A DNA stretch of 60,907 nucleotides, the filler included, from Barthelona sp. PAP020 (taxonomy: Eukaryota): NCBI GenBank assembly GCA_040182905.1. It is 7 parts of 7 records of this genome, joined end to end, with 100 filler letters (N's around TTAATTAATTAA, not from the genome) between each part and the next. Parts side by side here need not be neighbours in the genome. Positions count along the whole stretch, not along the records: positions 17,559 to 26,187 come from JARQWU010000449.1; positions 26,288 to 34,899 come from JARQWU010000450.1; 5 more parts are not named here. One strand, 5' to 3'. Positions 22,806-33,500 of the stretch are shown in pieces. The translations under genes were made by a program, and so were the position numbers. How positions within the stretch are numbered: the stretch's first letter is position 1; every line of letters starts with the position of its first letter. Under the pieces are notes generated by a model, which was given only the letters and a program-made list of their open reading frames with translations, did no database searches and was not told the DNA's origin.

Positions 22806-23744
22806 CTACTCTTTTACAATCATTGGTGGACGATTTTGTAATGATTTTGTGACAGAATGAAGACTTTTAATTTGATCATTAATTTCCTGTATTTGAAATT
22901 CCATTTCATTAAATTTTTCAGGATATTCATCAATTTTATCATTTGTTGAATTAACTAAAGAATAAGTTCCATTCGTAATAGAATCACCAACTGTTCGTAT
23001 TTGCATTGATAATGCAGCAATAACTTCTAAGAATGTCGAATAAATATTTGTAGCATCAGAAGGTCCAAACAAACTATATTCTGGATCATTTGTCAACAAA
23101 GAGCCAACCATTTGTTGGTTAAAGTCAACTGAAGTTAACAAATTGTTCTGTAAAATTTCAAGTTTTTCGTTTAATACCTTCAAATCAGTTTTCATTTTAA
23201 ATAAGTCAATATCTTTTAAATCATCAATTTGATTCTGAATAGGCGCAACTGTTAAAACATGAAAACTATTTAGCTTCTTTTCAAAAACATTCAAAATATT
23301 ATCATACTTTGAAACTGTGTTTACAACTTCTTTTTTTAAATTTGTTTCAGTTTGATACAATTTTTGTAGACCACTACCAATTTGACCATCAACAATTTTA
23401 TCCAAACCACTTAAAACATTCATCTGTACATTTATTGAATCAATGTTCTTTTGAACTCCTTTTAACTTGTCATTCAAATCAAAAGCCAATCGAACTTCTG
23501 TATCATTCAACTTATTAATAAGTTCTTGATGATTACTTTGATATTCAGTTAGTTTTTCATTTATATTCTTAAGATCTTTTTCTGTCTTTTCATTTTTTAA
23601 ATAGATATCGTTAAATTTTTCATCTAAATCACTCAAAACATCATGTTTAATATCTAAAACTATTGTTTCTAAGGTGGATTCAATCGCTCCAATTCTTCTT
23701 TTTAATTCACTGATTTCAACAGCATTTGATGTGTCATAACTCAT
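22806..23744 (-). CDS. Hypothetical coiled-coil protein
   Basis: 312-aa ORF with heptad pattern. Confidence 0.8.
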   Translation of the reverse strand: MSYDTSNAVEISELKRRIGAIESTLETIVLDIKHDVLSDLDEKFNDIYLKNEKTEKDLKNINEKLTEYQSNHQELINKLNDTEVRLAFDLNDKLKGVQKNIDSINVQMNVLSGLDKIVDGQIGSGLQKLYQTETNLKKEVVNTVSKYDNILNVFEKKLNSFHVLTVAPIQNQIDDLKDIDLFKMKTDLKVLNEKLEILQNNLLTSVDFNQQMVGSLLTNDPEYSLFGPSDATNIYSTFLEVIAALSMQIRTVGDSITNGTYSLVNSTNDKIDEYPEKFNEMEFQIQEINDQIKSLHSVTKSLQNRPPMIVKE

Positions 23745-23856
23745 AACGAATACAATTAATTTGGTACCGATATGTTCTGTTAAAAGTTAATTCAATCAAA
23801 AAAGAAAAGAAATAAAAATTCTTTATTCGTTTCATCTAAAATTTTTCATCAATAAA

Positions 23857-24285
23857 TCACCCCAATAAATTGTATGCTTCAGCTATTCTTTCCATATAGA
23901 ATGGAAACTTTGGGTCTTTTAACAAATCTTTAATTTCTTCTGCCAGTTCTTCAATACTCAATGTTTCTGCATATAATCTTTCAAATGAAACATTGGAATT
24001 TATAATTTCAAACATCTTATTTGCAATGAGTTCGGTTTTACATACAATACCAATGTTTGAAGGGATATTTCTATTGTTATGTGACAATATATAAACACAT
24101 GATCCACTTAATGTTATTTCATTGGTACCATTCTTTGTGATGAACCATTTAATATCACTTGGATTAAATATTTCTATCACAAGATTGTCAATTTTCACGT
24201 TAAATTCCATACTTTTGCCAATTTTCTGAAATTGGATGCCTTCAGTATCTCTTGCAACTAATGTTACGTTGGAAAATATATTCAT
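23857..24285 (-). CDS. REC114: REC114-like meiotic double-strand-break factor
   Basis: Beta-rich PH-like N-terminus ending in a helix, then LSIEELAEEIKDLLKDPKFPFYMERIAEAY, matching the REC114/PHS1 C-terminal motif (EELxxxLxxxLxDxxFPxFVExVE). Confidence 0.65.
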   Translation of the reverse strand: MNIFSNVTLVARDTEGIQFQKIGKSMEFNVKIDNLVIEIFNPSDIKWFITKNGTNEITLSGSCVYILSHNNRNIPSNIGIVCKTELIANKMFEIINSNVSFERLYAETLSIEELAEEIKDLLKDPKFPFYMERIAEAYNLLG

Positions 24286-24350
24286 AAATCTTTATTTTGG
24301 AGTGAACATGAAGCAGGCAAAGGTTTCCTTTTTTTTTCTAACAATGGCTT

Positions 24351-24947
24351 ATGTTTGATTTTGATGAAGCTGAATTTGAACACATTAAACCTTTTGAGTT
24401 GCTTACTTGCATTGAAATAGATAATTTTAACATGGGACAACAAATTGTTCCCACGTTGAATGAAATAAGAAAATTCCGCAATCAAATTCCACATCTTAAT
24501 AGTCATCATAGTGTTTTAGATGAAGAAGAAATATTTCAATGCTTTTATTTGAATGCTTCATCCTTTGAATTTTCAAACACACTTGAATTATTTTACTTTT
24601 CCATTTTAAAGTTATTATTTGTAACTGGTATTGAACTGTGTGAAGAGAAATGTATTTTTTTCTTGATTGATTTGTTAATTGAAGAAATCAATAAAATCAT
24701 AAATTGCTTCAACGATTTAGAAATTGATATGAATTTGATCAATTTATTTAAATATTTAAAAACTCAAAATGTTGATTTAAATCAAATATGGAAAGAAAAA
24801 ATGGGTTATGATAATCAAAAGAAAAGATTGGATAAACTGTTGAATTATTTGAAAGAAAATTGTAATTTCAATCATTCAAACAAAAATAGCATAGAATTAG
24901 AACAATGTGAGCCATTGAAACGAGAAGTGATTTTGGGAGATTCTTGA
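24351..24947 (+). CDS. Bromodomain-associated histone-fold protein, SUPT7L/Spt7-like (SAGA)
   Basis: LFYFSILKLLFVTGIELCEEKCIFFLIDLLIEEINKI and LNQIWKEKMGYD resemble the SUPT7L/TAF8-type histone fold. Confidence 0.6.
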   Translation: MFDFDEAEFEHIKPFELLTCIEIDNFNMGQQIVPTLNEIRKFRNQIPHLNSHHSVLDEEEIFQCFYLNASSFEFSNTLELFYFSILKLLFVTGIELCEEKCIFFLIDLLIEEINKIINCFNDLEIDMNLINLFKYLKTQNVDLNQIWKEKMGYDNQKKRLDKLLNYLKENCNFNHSNKNSIELEQCEPLKREVILGDS

Positions 24948-26061
24948 AAGTTCAATTTGAACATTTTTCAAATATTTTAGCAAATCGTGTCATTTTCTTT
25001 TATAAGAAATATTCTGCGATAATTTCCAAATGTCAGATTCATATTTTGATTGTTTATTGTCAATCCTTTTTTTTTTAGGTAAAAAATTTATTCTTCATCT
25101 GATTGCTAAAATCACTATTTTTGAAGCTTTCAGAGAGATAAATGTCAAAGTGTGATTATGAAAAGGCTTTTTGTGTGATTGTGTTTCTTTAAAACTTTGG
25201 TCACCTGACTTCTCAATATTTGTCTCAATTCTGCAACCTTTTGAAAAATATAGTTTTGATAAAATTTTGTTTTTAATAGATTGAAGGAAGAACAAAAAAA
25301 AATCAATTGAATTATGGGCTCCTCATAAATATTTTCTATTTTCTTGTTTATTTTCATTTAAAGATTATAAATGCCTGTTCAACATTATTTCTTAAAAAGT
25401 ATGGCTCAAGAAACGTTGATATTTTGCGTCAAACTTTTGAATTTCTTTTTTGATTTACCTTTAGATTGAGAATTGCCCTTTTCATTGTTGTGCCACATTT
25501 TGAATTTTCTTTTACAACCATTACTTTGCTTCATTTCAACCCGTTGATTAGTTTGATGTTAGTGCATATTTTCACTTGTTACTGGGTTTGTAAACATTTA
25601 GACAGCAATTTCATTCAGTGTTTCTTTCTTATTTCAGATTATATTCACTGGAATATTTCCCATTCACTAGATTAATCAAATTATTGTTGATCTTTTGATC
25701 ATTTTTGTGGATAAATGTTTGACAAAATGTTGATAAAGGGGATAAACTTTAAAACAGTCATTATTGAAGGTTTCTCTCTTTGAAAGACCATCTCTTTATG
25801 TTTTTTTTTTGAGAATTTTAAAGTTCTTGATGTTAAGTAAATTCTTTGTGGATTGTTTCTTTTCCAATATTTGATTGTTCTTAGTTCGGTGCTGGAATAT
25901 TTGTGATGAGCAGCAAATTTGATTGAAAAATAGATCCCGCCCTTTCCATTGTTTCATTAGACTTATTTTTGTCAAAAATTCTTGAAATGAAGAAAGAAAG
26001 AAATGTTGCAACAAATGATTTGAAATAATGAAAGAAAAAGAAATAACATACATTTTATGAA

Positions 26062-26187
26062 TTAATTAGTTATGGTGATACCTGGAACAGCAGAATAAAT
26101 GATTTCAACACCATCTCTTGTCAATCTTGTTCCTTTGATATTTAATTTCTGAAGCTGATTATCCTCGATGCTGGCCAATTGAATGGC
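26062..26187 (-). CDS. C-terminal end (...IIYSAVPGITITN*) of the 3546+ multidomain gene
   Basis: 26089-26187 is the exact reverse complement of 8601-8699; the frame continues to TAA at 26062-26064. Confidence 0.9.
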   Translation of the reverse strand, partial: AIQLASIEDNQLQKLNIKGTRLTRDGVEIIYSAVPGITITN

Positions 26188-26287
26188 NNNNNNNNNNNNN
26201 NNNNNNNNNNNNNNNNNNNNNNNNNNNNNNNTTAATTAATTAANNNNNNNNNNNNNNNNNNNNNNNNNNNNNNNNNNNNNNNNNNNN
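26188..26287. other. Artificial contig linker
   Basis: N-run + TTAATTAATTAA + N-run. Confidence 0.99.
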
Positions 26288-28510
26288 ATCAAACAAGCAT
26301 ATGTTTCCCCCCGAAAGAAACAATTACTAGATTTTTTAAATGACACTGACCAATTAAAGCAAGAAATTAATTTGCAAGACAAAAAATTACATTTTAAAGA
26401 TGGGTTTCGCCATAGATCTGCGATATCTGAAATATTAAGTTTGCAGGAACAAGAAAGAATATATATGAATGCACAACAAGAAGCTAATAATGAGTATAGA
26501 TTAAAGTTAGAAGAGTTAAAACTTAAGAATAAACTTGAACAGTCACAATTTTTTGAAACTCAAAGAGAGATTTTGCTTGACAGATTACAAAGTGATATTC
26601 AGTCGAATATTGATCATGGTGTCAAAACTTTTGAAGAGATTGAAGCTTTGCATGAAGAAGAAATTACAAAGTTGCAAGCAAAATTAAAGGAAAAAAGAAA
26701 AGTTCAAATACAGGATGTTCCAATGTCTCCATCGACATTGGCGAGAAATATGGCGAAACAGATTCGAGATGAATCAAAGAGAAATGCTTCTAAAGCTGCG
26801 TCCATTCGAGTTCGCAGCAGGCAAGTGGTCAAAATGCTTGAATCAAAACAAATTGAAAAGAAGAAAGAAAGCTCTGAATTGAAAAAGAAGAGCGACATGT
26901 TACATGATGAGCTATTGAATTTAAAATTGAGTTGGAACGAGTCTGTTCGAGATAAGTTGGAAGCTTTTTTTAAGGTGCAATTCAACAAAATGAGATTTGA
27001 GTTGTATAATGTATATTTTGAAGAAGGTGAAGGAAAACTTTGGAAATTTGAGAAAACTCACGTTTGGAATTATGATGAAGGTGAATGGGATGAAAAAGAT
27101 TTTTTGAAATTGGGAATTTCTCTCAATTTCCCCTTACTTAATTCATATAAAATGCATTTAGCTGAAATTGAGACAATGGTAAGGTTGAATCAAGAAATTC
27201 AGTCTGCAATGTATGAAAATTCTTGTATGACCAACTATGATTGTCCAAAGATGAAAGATTCTTTTAAGAATACTTTTGTTTCAAAAATTGGTCAGCAAAC
27301 TAGCTATTTACCTTTAATCAACACACCAATGTTTGAAATTTTAAGCAATGAGAACATCGCTCTTTTACAACAAGATTTAGATTTTTTAGAAAACGAAAAG
27401 GTGGGTACTTTGAATGAAATTCTGGTTGATGTTCAGAGAGATATGCATGTTTGGGCATTTGAAAAGTTATCACAAGAAGCCAAACGTCGTGAACGCTTAT
27501 ATTATAACGAAAAAAAGAGTATGCAGCTTGCTGATGAAATGGCACAACAAAGACGTGATTCAGGTCGAGATTTGCTCGAAGTTGAAATATGCCGCATGTG
27601 GAGAGAAGACGAACGGAGAAGATTATTGGAAACTGAAGGAAAATTGAGAGATGCTGAAGTTTCTGGGTTATCTGTGAGTTTTCAACATGAATTATTGGAA
27701 GATATTGCTGATTTAGAAGCTCAAACTAAACAAGCACTTATGGTTCAAAGATCAGAAAGACAAAGATATCGTAAAGGATTTTTGAAAAGAGAAAGATCTG
27801 CGATAGAGCAAGAATTAGCACGTATTAAAGAAAAAAGAAAAGAAAAAGAAAAAGAAAATAAGGAAAAAAAGGAAAAGGAACTTTTTGCACAACTACATCA
27901 ATCTCATGTTGAACAGGACATTGTTGAGGAATCTTTAAATGCATCCAGTTCAAAAACAACGCTTGTTGAAGATGATAATGATGATGAATTATTGTTTATT
28001 GAAGAAACACACACACAAATGATTGAAGAAACCACAGATTATATGTCATCTCCAAATGAAGTACCAAAACCTTCAAAATCACCGTTAAACTATCAAGCTG
28101 ATGCTGATGAACGAAAATTAAGAAGGATAAAAAGAAATCAGGACAGAAAAAGAAGAGAAAAAGAAACAAGATATCGTACAATGCTTCAAACGGGGAATAC
28201 ATTTGTTAAACATGGAAAAAGAGGAAAACCCCATCCTAGATTTGTTTTAGTCACAAGTGATTTTTCAACTGTAACTTGCAAAGATCCAAAAAAATCGACA
28301 TTTAAGGAGGGAATGAGCGTATCATCAATTTTTGAAGTGAAAAAAGGTCAAAATACAAAAGTCTTCCAAAGGCATTCAGGTGAACCAAACAGAGAAGACT
28401 ATTCTTTTTCTTTAATAGGCGATGACCGTACATTAGATCTGGAATGTTCCACACCTCAAAGTAGAGATGAATGGGTTAATGCTTTTAGGTATTTAATTGG
28501 ACAAAAATAA
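26288..28510 (+). CDS. Coiled-coil protein with C-terminal PLC-type PH domain, 5' partial
   Basis: Frame open from contig start 26288; LQTGNTFVKHGKRGKPHPRFV...EVKKGQNTKVF...SFSLIGDDRTLDLECSTPQSRDEWVNAFRYL is a PH domain. Confidence 0.85.
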   Translation: MKQAYVSPRKKQLLDFLNDTDQLKQEINLQDKKLHFKDGFRHRSAISEILSLQEQERIYMNAQQEANNEYRLKLEELKLKNKLEQSQFFETQREILLDRLQSDIQSNIDHGVKTFEEIEALHEEEITKLQAKLKEKRKVQIQDVPMSPSTLARNMAKQIRDESKRNASKAASIRVRSRQVVKMLESKQIEKKKESSELKKKSDMLHDELLNLKLSWNESVRDKLEAFFKVQFNKMRFELYNVYFEEGEGKLWKFEKTHVWNYDEGEWDEKDFLKLGISLNFPLLNSYKMHLAEIETMVRLNQEIQSAMYENSCMTNYDCPKMKDSFKNTFVSKIGQQTSYLPLINTPMFEILSNENIALLQQDLDFLENEKVGTLNEILVDVQRDMHVWAFEKLSQEAKRRERLYYNEKKSMQLADEMAQQRRDSGRDLLEVEICRMWREDERRRLLETEGKLRDAEVSGLSVSFQHELLEDIADLEAQTKQALMVQRSERQRYRKGFLKRERSAIEQELARIKEKRKEKEKENKEKKEKELFAQLHQSHVEQDIVEESLNASSSKTTLVEDDNDDELLFIEETHTQMIEETTDYMSSPNEVPKPSKSPLNYQADADERKLRRIKRNQDRKRREKETRYRTMLQTGNTFVKHGKRGKPHPRFVLVTSDFSTVTCKDPKKSTFKEGMSVSSIFEVKKGQNTKVFQRHSGEPNREDYSFSLIGDDRTLDLECSTPQSRDEWVNAFRYLIGQK

Positions 28511-28643
28511 TGTAAATAACTTTGATTTTCCGTTTCTTTTTGAAAGCAAAACCAAAATCAAAAAAAAAAAAAAAACCAATGAAAGGTTGAACGCACAATT
28601 TACAATGGAAAATATTCAGAAATGAGAAAAGAATTAAATCGAC

Positions 28644-30269
28644 TTATTCCTTTATTTTTGCATTTAATTCTTTCAAAGAAAGTGTCAATCTTTCAATATG
28701 AGCTTGATGTTCCTCAAGTTCCTTTTGTATGGCATTTCTTTGTTGAACCATACTTTCTCTATCCTTCACAGCTTTAGATAATTCTTTATAACGCTTATAC
28801 AATGGTCTCAAAGGTTCTTTATCACTTCTTGTACTAACGTGGCCCGAATCTTTAAGAACATAATCATCATAATCACGTAAAACCTTCTTTATCAATCCCT
28901 TTTCTGCCTTTAATTGATCAAAAGACATTTCATGAATGACATAAGGTCTATTGCTTCTTTCCCTCAATAAAGAAAGCTCCATTGTTATCCTTTCGACAAT
29001 AGAAAGACTAGAATCATTTTCAAGCAATGAATTGAAATCAACTGTGGGTTCACTCATCAAATCACTCATAGACGTGCTGTTAGTAAGGGATATTTTATCC
29101 TTTTCAAAATATTTATTCACAGGATCAAATAATTTAATTGCATCTTGAATTCTTTTGGCGGCCAAATTTCTTTGAACTTTGCACAATTTGTAATATTCAA
29201 CAGTTAGATTCCTTTTAACTTTTGAATTTTTTTCTTTGTTAGTTTGCAATTTTAAATCATATATTTCCTTATTGATACGATCCATTGTATAATCTAAATA
29301 ATCAGTAACATCAATCCAACCATCTTTTGCACGTTGCCTTTTTATTTCATTTATCCTTGCGTTGTAAATCTTTTGTTTTTCGTGTAAATACTGTTTAGAT
29401 GCATCAACAGTGACATCTTGCCTTCGACAAGAAGGAAAAGAAGCAGTCTTCATCACTGACTGAATCATTTTCCTCAATACAGTTTCTTCAACTTCAATTT
29501 CTTCTTCTTCTTCTTCTTCACTGATATCATCACTGATATCCTCTTCGGGTGACTTTGAACCTGGTTTTTTCTGTTTCTCAACAACATTACAAACAGAAGA
29601 ATTTTGTGATGGAATAACCAATTCTGAAGGCAAATCAAAAGCTTCTATCGTTTTTCTGGGAGGAACAGGTGGTACAGTATTTGAAAATATCAGTTCATAA
29701 TAGGTGATCATATCTAGTAACAATAAACTAATTTCTCTTTGACCTATCAATCGTGAAATAGGATCACTACTGTCAATCCATGTGATTAATGGAGAAGTCA
29801 CTTTTGTTAAAACTTGTGCTGACATTTGATTTTCACTGGACATTTCAGATACTTTACACAATAAACCAATCAAATATTCCAACGTTTCATAATGTGGAAG
29901 TGATAAAGATTTCAAAAATCCAATCAGTGTGTTTAATCGAACAGTATCAGCTTGAATTTTACCAATGGATATAAAATCATGAAATAGTTTCGATGGTATC
30001 AGAGGATCAGGTAATCTAATGAAAAATTGAACAATTAAAGAAGCAATTGTTCTCGGATTTTCGTTTTCATCAAAAGCAACAAAAGTATCATTCTCATATT
30101 TTGTTATATATTTGTTTACATTTAATGCAGCACCAGGTTCACGAAATAATCCTCTTGTATTTAATCTGTTATCATTTTTTAAAAATTCCGATGAATCAAT
30201 TAACACTTGTGGTATCGTTTGATTTGTTTGTTCGTATAAATCGTCCAATGATACTCCAAATATTTTCAT
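28644..30269 (-). CDS. RhoGAP with FAM13-type C-terminal domain
   Basis: IFGVSL, GLFREPG (arginine finger), FFIRLPDPLIP, NQMSAQVL; C-terminal MSFDQLKAEKGLIKKVLRDYD...DKEPLRPLYKRYKEL is FAM13-like; ATG at 30269. Confidence 0.85.
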   Translation of the reverse strand: MKIFGVSLDDLYEQTNQTIPQVLIDSSEFLKNDNRLNTRGLFREPGAALNVNKYITKYENDTFVAFDENENPRTIASLIVQFFIRLPDPLIPSKLFHDFISIGKIQADTVRLNTLIGFLKSLSLPHYETLEYLIGLLCKVSEMSSENQMSAQVLTKVTSPLITWIDSSDPISRLIGQREISLLLLDMITYYELIFSNTVPPVPPRKTIEAFDLPSELVIPSQNSSVCNVVEKQKKPGSKSPEEDISDDISEEEEEEEIEVEETVLRKMIQSVMKTASFPSCRRQDVTVDASKQYLHEKQKIYNARINEIKRQRAKDGWIDVTDYLDYTMDRINKEIYDLKLQTNKEKNSKVKRNLTVEYYKLCKVQRNLAAKRIQDAIKLFDPVNKYFEKDKISLTNSTSMSDLMSEPTVDFNSLLENDSSLSIVERITMELSLLRERSNRPYVIHEMSFDQLKAEKGLIKKVLRDYDDYVLKDSGHVSTRSDKEPLRPLYKRYKELSKAVKDRESMVQQRNAIQKELEEHQAHIERLTLSLKELNAKIKE

Positions 30270-30536
30270 CACATAGAAAAACTGAAACTTGTTTATCAAT
30301 CTAAAAAATAAATGTATTATTTATTACCCAAGCAATATATTAGATGTTTAAAAGATAAATTTCTTTGTTTCAAAAAGAATAAAACAAAATTTTAACATTT
30401 GGAAAAGAGAATTCTCTCTTCAAAGTATCCACCAGTTTGTAAAATCCATATGCTTCAAACTAGAGAAAGAAATACAATCTCCAATTGTAAATATTTTTCA
30501 AAAATACAGAATGCAAAACAAAAAAGGTCAATTTAA

Positions 30537-33500
30537 TTACATATTAAACCTGCTTTTATTAAAATCATTGATTTCTTGTTGATTTACTGGAAGAATAGTT
30601 TTACGGGTGACTTTATCTAGAACGCTTTTGGAACTCTTAATTGTATTAACGTTCAATTTAAAAGCTGAATTAGTTTCCTTTGCGAACAATTGTTCAGGAT
30701 TTTGATTCAGCGGATTCCAAGCTTCAGAAGTAGATAGCGACTTGTTTCGTTCAAAATCATCAATTAAAGGTTGACCATTTTTGATTAGAGCTTTAATTTT
30801 TGGTTTATCATGCAACATTGATTCATTTTTAGTTGCGTGTTTTGTGGGTATTATTATTGCAGGCAAATTTATTTCATATTTCTTTTCTCTTGGAGTTTTG
30901 ATTGGAGGTTTGCCATTTTCACCTAAATGAACACTTTTAAAATAGGAAGGGTCAGAAAAAGTGTCAATCTTTTTTGTGACAGAAACAAAGTCTTTCTTGT
31001 TCTTATTGAAATTACTCTTCTTTTTTAATGTATCATTGAGATCGTTTGGTTCAATAAAAGGCTGTTTTAGCTCTTCAATACGATTGTCAGTCAATTTATC
31101 CTGCTTTAAATCCATTTCTTTGGTTCTTGGGGCAGGCCATATCCAACCTTTTTCTTGTTGCTTTAAAACTTCATTTTCTTTTGAAGAATCAACATTCTTT
31201 GTAAAAACATGTGGAAATTCTTCAGAAAATGTAACGAATGAACTATTTTGATTCTTTTCATGCAAGAAATCAATATATTTCTCCGTAAATGTATTCTTTT
31301 GCCCTGAGTAAGATCCCAGTTCAGCAATCTTCAATAATTCTTCAGGTAAATCAGCCAATAACTTCTGTTTCTTGGTTAAACCATTTGTATGAACCATATC
31401 TTTATTCTCTTTCACAAAATTTCTTGTTTGTCTCAAATAGTCTCTTTCTTCTTTATCTTCAATCCACCTTTCATTGTCAACATCTATCTTATGACCTTTT
31501 TTGTTCTTTGTTTTGAATTCTTCCACATCAAAAACCTCAACATGGTCTTCATCAGACTCCATATCATATTCATCATCAATATCACAATCAGAAACATACT
31601 CTAATTTGGTTTCAATAGGACATAAATATTTAGATAAAATTGGTAAAGATTTTGCATTCAACCATGATCGTTGCAAACTGATATCGCTCAAAGATTTTGC
31701 AACAATCATGAAATTTAAAGATGAAACCGCTTCACGAGCTAAAACTATATCAGAACTAACTGTTACCGGTAAATTTTTCCCCATTTGATTAAAATGACAC
31801 CTTAAATGTAAAATTGGAAAAACCAAAGAACACACATCATATAGCCTTTCTGAAAAGCGTACATCTTCATTTAAACATTTCAGTTCAATCGGTTTCATCT
31901 GCAAATTGGGATTGGCAGTTCCTAATTTTGCATGTTGAATAGATTGTTTACCAGTATATGGTTTATTCAATGTCTTTTTTGCCTCAGTAACCAATTCATC
32001 AATTAAAATAGGAATTCCACTGCTAACAACGTATTCAAAAACAAACAAACGTTTATAGTTGTCATGAATTCTAAACCCAGTAACAATATCTTTTGAACTA
32101 TGTTCTGTACCTTGGAAATTTCCCAATTCTTCCTCCAAAACATTCAAAACTTTTGCATTTATTCGAATAAATTTTCTGATCATTTTCGTTTCCAAAACAT
32201 TAGCAACAGGAGATTCATCAATAACAATAACACATCTTTTAAACATATCAGAACTCGCAGCTGCTGGTTTTTTTTTCACAGAAGAATCAGATTTTTCCCT
32301 TTTTTTATTTCTAGAACGTTGTTGAGATCTTTGTCCAGATCTGGAAGAAGGACGTTCAATTGGTGGGGTTACAGGTCTCATCTTTTTTACAGCCGGAATC
32401 ATCTCACTTAACGATATAGGTAACATAACTGTCACATTTAAATGAGTATCAAATTCAACATATGAAATAGGTTGCTGTTGAAGTTGTTGAAACAATGTTT
32501 GACGTTGCAATTGAATGTTATGGAATCCAGAAATTCCAACATCCGTGTCATTTTGTTCAATTTGATCTTCATTGTTCTGAATATCATTCTTACTTTTACT
32601 CTTACTCTTTGATTTCTTTTTGGATGATTGAGAATCTTCAATTTTGTCTTTTGAGGGTGCAAGATTCACATCAGCTTCATTAGTAGGAACTTCTCTCATA
32701 ACATATTTTTCATTGACCAATTTTCTATGCAAGTCAATTTTTTCCTCTTTGTAAAGTCGGGGTCGAAAATATATTTCCTCTGATAAGGTTCTAACGGTGG
32801 AATTCCAGAGAGAAGTTAATGATAGTAGCCCCAACCCACTAGGTTCAGAGGCAGGTTTTGCCAACCATTCACGAATCTCTTTTAAATTAGCATCTTGTGT
32901 TGGTAACACCTCCTTTGTAACACTAACACCCAAAGACTCAGGTGAAACCTTTCTACATCTGTCATCTAAAATGAAGGTTAGCTGAAATTCTTGAAAAAAC
33001 GCTTGAATTTTCGGCAATGTTGGTTCTTCAATGAAAATGATATGTGTTATCTCAAAAACTTGTTCTTCCATCTTTTGCATTTTCATTTCAAATGTGGTAT
33101 CTTTAGAAAATGGCGAGATCATGGTGAGTTTTGGTGTGTGTAGATTCTCATTCGATGGTGGCAATCCTTCCAACGAATGAAAAGTGATTCCAATGGGTAA
33201 AGCAGTTTGAATATCTGAATCAGTCAACAAAGGAAACGGTAAAGATACAGTAAGTGTGAAATCAATTGTTGAATCATAATACTCAAAAGAACGTTTATAT
33301 TTAAGAATAGTATGATTCAACAGAAATTCATTGAAATTAAATTGTATAGTTTTAGACTTAAAATTGCTTTGGGAAGTATCATTCTTTTCTTCTTTTTTCT
33401 TTTTTGATTTTGATACAGCATTTATGGGACTAAAAGTTATATTACACTCAAAAAAATCATTAACTAAAGAATCTAAGTTTGAGTAATTAAAATTAAATGA

